Positions 56,636 through 64,000 of a stretch of DNA of 64,000 nt are shown here, one piece after another. A program made the translations under genes and the position numbers. The DNA lies in assembly GCA_002269645.1 (NCBI GenBank), contig NIVC01003477.1, positions 1 through 64,000 on the forward strand, read 5' to 3'. Under the pieces are notes generated by a model. It had not been told where the DNA came from. It was given only the letters and a program-made list of their open reading frames with translations, and did not search any database. The DNA is from Macrostomum lignano. Its lineage: Eukaryota. Every line of letters begins with the position of its first letter. Positions within the stretch are counted from its first letter, which is position 1.

Positions 56636-59156
56636 ATGGAAACCGGTGTGGAGGAAGAGCCAACAGCATCCGTTAACAGTCCTTGTCCCATATCCTGCCT
56701 AATAAAGAATGCACTAAATCGTGAGCCACTATCATCGCCGGTTGATGCCATGCCAAATAGTGAGCTGCAATCGCTCGGTTCCCTGTGGTCAGCTGACTTG
56801 CTTGATTGCGTCAATCGGCTTGTCCAATTATTATCATCATCATTATCTACTGATGATAATTCTAATGCAGCTATTAGTTCGCTTAGACAATGGTAAGCCT
56901 ATAAAGTTTGCTGCTGTTTACTTCAAGTAGAGTAGTTTGGACGTCACTTTTTCATTACAATTTACAACCCTTATTAGGGGGCCGTAGCCTAGTGGTCTAG
57001 CGTTGCGCTCTGATGCACCAGCGGCCCAGGCTCGATCCAAGTGCAGTCAACATTATAGTTTGGGGTTAAATTGGAATCTTGGCTTGGCTCTGCTCGTGCA
57101 ATTAACGGCCTTGAAAGCCCCGACCCCCAAGTCATAGTGATGGGGTGGCGGTTGCTGGGGAAGACAATCGGAGGATGGTGTCCTGAGTGCTGGGGCAGAG
57201 AATCGGAGGATGGGGTGGTGAGTGCTGGGGCAGACAATCGGAGGATGGGGTGGTGGGTGCTGGGGCAGATAATCGGAGGATGGGGTGGTGAATGCTGGGG
57301 CAGATAATCGGAGGATGGGGTGGTGGGTGCTGGGGCAGACAATCGGAGGATGGGGTGGTGAGTGCTGGGGCAGACAATCGGAGGATGGGGTGGTGGGTGC
57401 TGGGGCAGACAATCGGAGGATGGGGTGGTGAATGCTGGGGCAGACAATCGGAGGATGGGGTGGTGGGTGCTGGGGCAGACAATCGGAGGATGGGGTGGTG
57501 GGTGCTGGGGCAGACAATCGGAGGATGGGGTGGTGAATGCTGGGGCAGATAATCGGAGGATGGGGTGGTGGGTGCTGGGGCAGAGAAACGGAGGATGGTG
57601 TCGTGGGTGCTGGGTCAGACAATCGGAGGATGGGGTGGCGGTTGCTGGGGCAGAGAATCAGAGGATGGGGTGGTGGGTGCTGGGGCAGAGAATCGGAAGA
57701 TGGGGTCTGGGGAAGGAGGGCCGTAGCCTAGTGGTCTAGCGTTGCGCCAGCGGCCCAGACTCAATTCCAAGTGCAGTCAACATTAATTTTGGGCTGTATT
57801 GGAATCTCGGCTTGGCTCTGCCGAGTCTAATTAAGTGTAATTAACGACCTTGAAGGCTAATCCCCATGGCGCAGTGAATAAAGTTAGGGCCGCTGTACAC
57901 TCCTGTGCAATCCTGAAGGGGTTGTAGTCTAGTAGTTACTCACGACAACTGTAAGGTCATTCTGGATTCCTTCAGTTCACCAAGCTGTAAAATGGGTGCC
58001 AGCATTAGCTGTGCTAATTGTGTGGTAATCATCCAGTCCTTGGACTGAACAGCCGTACGCAGTCTTCAGATGCGCCAGAAGCTGCGGTTGGGCTGTCGGT
58101 TGCGCATCTGGCCATTAGGACAGGTGTAATCAATTATTGAACTCGTGTGTGAATGTCGCTTGAAGTGCGCCGAGATGTACACAGCCCCCTGCCTCTACTC
58201 GTAATGAAAAAATCATTTTGGTTACTACCCACAGCCCAGCAACCCAGGTGCTCGTCCACCTATTCGCATCCGGATGCGCTCTCGCTGACCGTGTCTGGTC
58301 TCAGCCAGCTCTAGCCAAAGCCGTCATCAGCCGCCTCTACCCGCTGCTGCCGCCTCTGGCACCCAACTCGCTCAAGTACTTGGACTTCCAGCCTGCTCTG
58401 GCTGTCTCAGATGAGCCTGGTTGTGTACCATTTAGCACCGCCTCGCTAGTCCAGCTGCTCTGCAACAATTCTCCCATAATAAGCTACCCAGTAGCCGACT
58501 ATTTATCCCCACCAGGTAGGAGGCACGCTATCGCTTTGACAACTCGTCTGTGCTCGCATCACTGCTTAGACTGGCAACTGTTAGGCTTGGATTGCCTGTC
58601 TGCCGGTCTGTTAACTTCTGTTGAGTCTCATTTGGCTAGGGATTTGCTTCATCGTCTGAGCCAGTCTCGAGATGCTGCAGCGCTTGAACCAGCGTTGAAC
58701 TTGTCAGCCACACTGCGAGCTCTGTGCCCTGAGGATTGGCTGTTAGACAGTCTCTACCTGGACTGTTTACAGTGCCTGTCCTACGAATGCCGCCCAGGGC
58801 TTCAATTGGCCCGTCTGAAAGCTTTGCCCGTTATGATTGACAGGCTAGGCATGTCGTCTATTAAATATGGTAGCCTAGTAGTTAAATGCCTAGATAACTG
58901 CTTGTCCAGATGCGACAGTGACATTGTGGAGTCTGTCTGGCTTGTGCTAGACAGCTACCTGCGCTATTGCCTGTTTGAACGGCAACAAATTGCTAGAATT
59001 TTGATTAACTTTGCAATGCACAATCCTCTGGTTGATTGCGGTCGGCATTTGCCCGCGATTGAGCCGCAGTTTGTTGGCGAAGTTTGTCGGGGCATTGTCA
59101 GCGAAGCGCCTGAGCTGCAATCAGCGTTGAGTAGATACATGACGCTTGAGGGCTGA
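56636..59156 (+). CDS. TTI2: Divergent TELO2-interacting protein 2-like HEAT/ARM protein, 2 exons, ~392 aa
   Basis: Exons 56636..56892 (GTAAGC donor, phase 2) and 58235..59156 (CCACAG acceptor, phase matched). RLCSHHCLDWQLLGLDCL and DSLYLDCLQCLSYE...LKALPVMIDRLGMSSIKY resemble, from recall, TTI2 segments LISDDYQ.ENKILGVHCL and DEVLRLIL.HME.E...LP.FV.RLGI..VRH. The gene model is firmer than the name. Confidence 0.62.
56977..57125 (+). mobile_element. tRNA-like SINE head (second family), copy 1
   Basis: A-box-like TAGCCTAGTGGTCTAG and B-box-like GGCTCGATCC; near-duplicated at 57718. Confidence 0.6.
57135..57715. repeat. 35-bp G-rich minisatellite in the TTI2-like intron (TGCTGGGGCAGACAATCGGAGGATGGGGTGGTGGG)
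   Basis: Direct reading. Confidence 0.94.
57718..57860 (+). mobile_element. tRNA-like SINE head (second family), copy 2
   Basis: GGGCCGTAGCCTAGTGGTCTAGCGTTGCGC...CCAAGTGCAGTCAACATTA...TTGGAATCT.GGCTTGGCTCTGC is shared with 56977. Confidence 0.6.
57968..58138 (+). mobile_element. 5'-truncated diverged copy of the CORE-like SINE
   Basis: CTTCAGTTCACCAAGCTGTAAAATGGGTGCCAGCATTAGC...CAGTCCTTGGACTGAACAGCCG...GACAGGTGT. Confidence 0.8.
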
Positions 59157-59204
59157 TGTAGAGCAGCTTTTTGTTTGATTGACTCATCCTTGTAGCCTCA
59201 GAAT

Positions 59205-59815
59205 CGACCCCACCCCCTGACCCAAAGTTTACAATCGCCCACCCCCTGACCCAAAGTTTACAATCGCCCACCACCTGACCCAAAGTTTACAATCGCCCAC
59301 CTCCCTGACCCAAAGTTTACAATCGCCCACCCCCTGACCCAAAGTTTACAATCGCCCACCACCTGACCCAAAGTTTAGAATCGCCCACCTCCCTGACCCA
59401 AAGTTTACAATCGCCCACCACCTGACCCAAAGTTTACAATCGCCCACCCCCTGACCCAAACTTTACAATCGCCCACCTCCCTGACCCAAAGTTTACAATC
59501 GCCCACCACCTGACCCAAAGTTTACAATCGCCCACCCCCTGACCCAAAGTTTACAATCGCCCACCTCCCTGACCCAAAGTTTAGAATCGCCTACCTCCCT
59601 GACCCAAAGTTTAGAATCGCCCACCCCCCCTGACCCAAAGTTTAGAATCGCCCACCTCCCTGACCCAAAGTTTAGAATCGCCCACCTCCCTGATCCAAAG
59701 TTTAGAATCGCCCACCTCCCTGACCCAAAGTTTAGAATCGTCCACCCCTGACCCAAAGTTTAGAATCGTCCACCCCTGACCCAAAGTTTAGAATCGCCCC
59801 TCACCTGACCCAAAC
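59205..59815. repeat. 29-30 bp minisatellite (CTGACCCAAAGTTTA(C/G)AATCGCCCACC(T/A/C)C)
   Basis: Direct reading. Confidence 0.95.
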
Positions 59816-60584
59816 TAAAAGCGTATCTTGACCTAATTTGGAAGCGTTTAAAATCGACGCGAGCACTGTATATGATAGATTTTGTAAATATAATTTTATA
59901 ATAATATTTCTGCATTTCCTTTTAGTGTCTTTGTGTAATAACGAAGACTAGAGTGTCATTCAGTGTTTTGCATTCAATTTAAGGTAATTATAATTTTTAG
60001 CTTAGGTCATCCTTAGCTAGCTTTCCTGAACAATTGATTAAAGATTCATAATAGACAGTCACCTTCCTTTCAGTATTTTAGCCCCTATCCCGTCAACATG
60101 TTGCCTATAAGTTGCCGTAGGGTCCACTCGTAGTAGCTAAGTGCCAATGTGTTGGATACCCAGTAAAAGTGCGTATTTTTGGTGCATCGATCCAGCGTCT
60201 CTCTATCTTTTATGATGCAGCTATATTTCCTTTGCAACGATACGCTCTACTGATCTCTTTATCTCTGGATATCTGTCTGTCAAGCTAATCAATTATCAGC
60301 TATATCGTATATTGCTGCATTCATCAATAGATGCTAAATGTTTTTCACCGTAGTACGAGTGTAGCACCTCTACTATGTCCTAACACTAACATCGCATCAC
60401 AATCTTTGATTTATTGACCAAATTTCACTACAAAGTAATTTTCCACATCTGCGAGACTTTATCAGCCATGATTTTATTTCATTGAATTTTGCAGCTTTGT
60501 TTCAAATATGAGCGGTTTTTGATAGGCTTTATTACAGTTATTGTTTTATTTATCGGTTGATGAACCTAAGCGGATACTGAGTTA

Positions 60585-61435
60585 AGAATGATGCTGAGGG
60601 GAGAATGATGCTGATGGGAGAATGATGCTGAGAGGAGGGTGCTGATGGGAGAATAATGCTGATGGGAGAATAATGCTGATGGGAGAATGATGCTGATGGG
60701 AGAATAATGCTGATGGGAGAATGATGCTGATGGGAGAATAATGCTGATGGGAGAATGATGCTAAGGGGAAGGGTGCTGAGGGGAGAATGATGCTAAGGGG
60801 AAGGGTGCTGAGGGGAGAATGATGCTGAGGGAAGGGTGCTGAGGGGAGAATGATGCTGAGGGAAGGGTGCTGAGGGGAGAATGATGCTGAGGGAAGGGTG
60901 CAGAGGGCAGAATGATGCTGAGGGGAGAATGATGCTGAGGGGAAGCGTGCTGAGGGGAGAATGATGCTGAGGGAAGGGTGCAGAAGGCAGAATGATGCTG
61001 AGGGGAGAATGATGCTGAGAGGAAGGGTGCTGAGGGGAGAATGATGCTGAGGGAAGAGTGCAGAAGGGAGAATGATGCTGAGGGGAGAATGATGCTGAGA
61101 GGAAGGGTGCAGAAGGGAGAATGATGCTGAGGGGAGAATGATGCTGAGAGGAAGGGTGCTGAGGGGAGAATGATGCTGAGGGAAGGGTGCAGAGGGCAGA
61201 ATGATGCTGAGGGAAGGGTGCAGAGGGGAGAATGATGCTGAGGGGAATAATGTTGGTGGGAAATGATGCTGAGGGAAATGATGCTGAGGGGAATGGTGCG
61301 GAGGGGGATGATGCTGAGGCGTTGATGCTGAGGGGGTGATGCTGAGGGGGATGATGCTGAGGGGGATGATGCTGAGGGGGATGATGCTGGGGGCTGATGC
61401 TGAGGAGGATGATGCTGAGGGGGGATGATGTTGAT
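60585..61435. repeat. Compound purine-rich minisatellite built on ATGATGCTGA(T/G)GGGAGA (~17 bp) with GGAAGGGTGC inserts
   Basis: Direct reading. Confidence 0.92.
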
Positions 61436-61828
61436 AGCAAGTGTTTCAGTTGTATAATTTTTATTACTCGATTCGATGTTATCGCAAAGTGACAGTTCAG
61501 TGCTATTCTACCGACTCCACTGACATCTGATTATTTGTATATCCATCATTTTTTAGGCAACATTTTCTATTACAACCTTGCTCAGGCCTGCTCAAAAGTT
61601 CGCCCTCTGTATGGTCATCAATTATCAATCCTAATCTCATTTCCTTCTGACGCGCGAACTCACAGCGCTGCTGTTGCTGTCCTTTTTTGTAGAAGAAGAT
61701 TGATACTCTCTCCATCAGGACACCCAGCTATGTAATGCTCATTTCTCATCTGTAGGCTTAATAGCTACTTTCTTTTGGGTGCTCCTCTCTGCGTCTCTCG
61801 AATCTCTCTCGTCTCTCGCAACTCAAAG

Positions 61829-61864
<36 letters not shown>

Positions 61865-61882
61865 AATATTATTATTATTATT
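61829..61882. repeat. (ATT)n microsatellite
   Basis: Direct reading. Confidence 0.9.
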
Positions 61883-61929
61883 TTGTTAGGATTTTTCAAC
61901 GTAACTTAGACCATTGATGTAGAGTATAA

Positions 61930-63570
61930 AGAATCGCCCCTGACACTCATTTAGAGTTGAGAATCGCCTCTGACACTCATTTAGAGTAGAGAATCGCCCC
62001 TGACACTCATTTAGAGTAGAGAATCACCCCTAACACTCATTTAGAGTAGAGAATCGCCTCTGACACTCATTTAGAGTAGAGAATCGCCTCTGACACTCAT
62101 TTAGAGTGAAGAATCGCCCCTGACACTCATTTAGAGTAGAGAATCGCCTCTGACACTCATTTAGAGTAGAGAATCGCTGCTGACATCCATTTAGAGAGAA
62201 TCGCCTCTGACACTCATTTAGAGTAGAGAATCGCCCCTGACACTCATTTAGAGTAGAGAATCACCCCTAACACTCATTTAGAGTAGAGAATCGCTGCTGA
62301 CATCCATTTAGTGAGAATCGCCTTTGACACTCATTTAGAGTAGAGAATCGCCTCTGACACTCATTTAGAGTAGAGAATCGCCTCTGACACTCATTTAGAG
62401 TAGAGAATCGCCTCTGACACTCATTTAGAGTAGAAAATCGCCTCTGACACTCATTTAGAGTAGAGAATCGCCTCTGACACACATTTAGAGTAGAAAATCG
62501 CCTCTGACACTCATTTAGAGTAGAGAATCGCCTCTGACACTCATTTAGAGTAGAAAATCGCCTCTGACACTCATTTAGAGTAGAGAATCGCCTCTGACAC
62601 TCATTTAGAGTAGAGAATCGCTGCTGACATCCATTTAGAGAGAATCGCCTCTGACACTCATTTAGAGTAGAGAATCGCCCCTGACACTCATTTAGAGTAG
62701 AGAATCACCCCTAACACTCATTTAGAGTAGAGAATCGCTGCTGACATCCATTTAGAGAGAATCGCCTCTGACACTCATTTAGAGTAGAGAATCGCCTCTG
62801 ACACTCATTTAGAGTAGAAAATCGCCTCTGACACTCATTTAGAGTAGAAAATCGCCTCTGACACTCATTTAGAGTAGAGAATCGCCTCTGACACTCATTT
62901 AGAGTAGAGAATCGCTGCTGACATCCATTTAGAGAGAATCGCCTCTGACACTCATTTAGAGTAGAGAATCGCTGCTGACATCCATTTAGAGAGAATCGCC
63001 TCTGACACTCATTTAGAGTAGAGAATCGCCCCTGACACTCATTTAGAGTAGAGAATCACCCCTAACACTCATTTAGAGTAGAGAATCGCTGCTGACATCC
63101 ATTTAGTGAGAATCGCCTTTGACACTCATTTAGAGTAGAGAATCGCCTCTGACACTCATTTAGAGTAGAGAATCGCCTCTGACACTCATTTAGAGTAGAA
63201 AATCGCCTCTGACACTCATTTAGAGTAGAGAATCGCCTCTGACACTCATTTAGAGTAGAAAATCGCCTCTGACACTCATTTAGAGTAGAGAATCGCCTCT
63301 GACACTCATTTAGAGTAGAGAATCGCCTCTGACACTTATTTAGAGTGAAGAATCGCCCCTGACACTCATTTGGAGTGAAGAATCGCCCCTGACACTCATT
63401 TAGAGTGAAGAATCGCCCCTAACACTCATTTAGAGTAGAGAATCACCCCTGACACCCATTTAGAGTAGAGAATCGCTGCTGACATCCATTTAGAGTGAAG
63501 AATCGCCCCTGACACTCATTTAGAATAGAGAATCGCCCCTTACACTCGTTTAGAGTAGAGAATCGCCCCC
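61930..63570. repeat. 30-bp minisatellite (GAGTAGAGAATCGCCTCTGACACTCATTTA), >50 units with variant blocks
   Basis: Direct reading. Confidence 0.96.
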
Positions 63571-63724
63571 AAGTCAATTTCAAAGCGGCATGATATGTAG
63601 AAAATCTACTTTAATCGGTAGAATTTTATTTAAACTGACACAACTAATCATTTTTTATTCATGCAATCTCTACACTGAACCAAGTCTTGCAATTTAAACC
63701 GTGCTCAAAAAACTCCCAACTAAC

Positions 63725-64000
63725 ATGGAGTCGTCGAACAACTTTGACTCGAAGTCTCCCCGCGTGCATCGCAAACGCCAATCTGGCCCGAAAGCAGAGA
63801 AGAAGCAGAAGCAGAAGCAGAAACTGTCCAAATCCGATCCGGCAACAGCGCTGCAGCAGCGCCAGCGCAATCCGAAAGCATTCGCTGTTCAGCATGCGAC
63901 CAAGACTGCCAAAATTGTGCGCAGAACTCTGGACTTGGAGACCGCTAAGCATCACGTGCCGATGCGCAGTCGAGAAGACGATTGCGAACCGCCGCCAGTG
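63725..64000 (+). CDS. BMS1: Ribosome biogenesis GTPase BMS1, N-terminus (runs off the window)
   Basis: Hand translation: MESSNNFDSKSPRVHRKRQSGPKAEKK...RQRNPKAFAVQHATKTAKIVRRTLDLETAKHHVPMRSREDDCEPPPV. This matches BMS1 HRK..SGPKA, RNPKAFAVQ and D..TKKHH.P..DR...EPPP. Confidence 0.92.
   Translation, partial: MESSNNFDSKSPRVHRKRQSGPKAEKKQKQKQKLSKSDPATALQQRQRNPKAFAVQHATKTAKIVRRTLDLETAKHHVPMRSREDDCEPPPV

Noticed and set aside
56977-57050. Functional tRNA gene (also the head at 9390-9468)
   Set aside because: A/B-box-like motifs are present, but no complete cloverleaf or acceptor stem. Both continue into repeat bodies, which is SINE-like.

Overview
Eukaryotic (metazoan) genomic DNA with spliceosomal GT-AG introns. 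The repeat content and the Ala/Gln-rich, GC-rich coding style suggest a free-living flatworm such as Macrostomum; this is inference, not demonstrated. The left 22 kb is an accessory zone. It holds a secreted fibrinogen-domain gene, a second secreted gene of an unnamed family, an internally deleted RTE LINE, tRNA/CORE-like SINEs, four hAT-type MITEs with exact 8-bp TSDs, a Mutator-like foldback with a 9-bp TSD, a 2-kb solo-LTR-like element, and a ~5 kb CpG desert containing a hypermutated Gypsy gag fossil. The right 42 kb is a run of six co-oriented conserved genes: RELCH (4 exons), ARL13B (5 exons), STRIP/FAM40 (7 exons), NDUFB3, a TTI2-like gene (2 exons) and the start of BMS1. All multi-exon models were built by hand with matching exon phases. 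STRIP intron 5 holds an intact antisense Gypsy (Mag-like) retrotransposon with apparently identical 314-bp LTRs, and intron 6 holds a nested antisense C-type-lectin/PAN gene. 14 of 16 modelled introns and every spacer in the gene run carry their own tandem array, which explains most long low-complexity ORFs in the track as artefacts. Top leads: the sharply bounded CpG desert, a 28S rRNA R2-target-site fragment carried inside a MITE, the one-array-per-intron architecture, a possible SL-trans-spliced operon, and a 31-bp VNTR that may act as a frame switch in the fibrinogen-domain gene.
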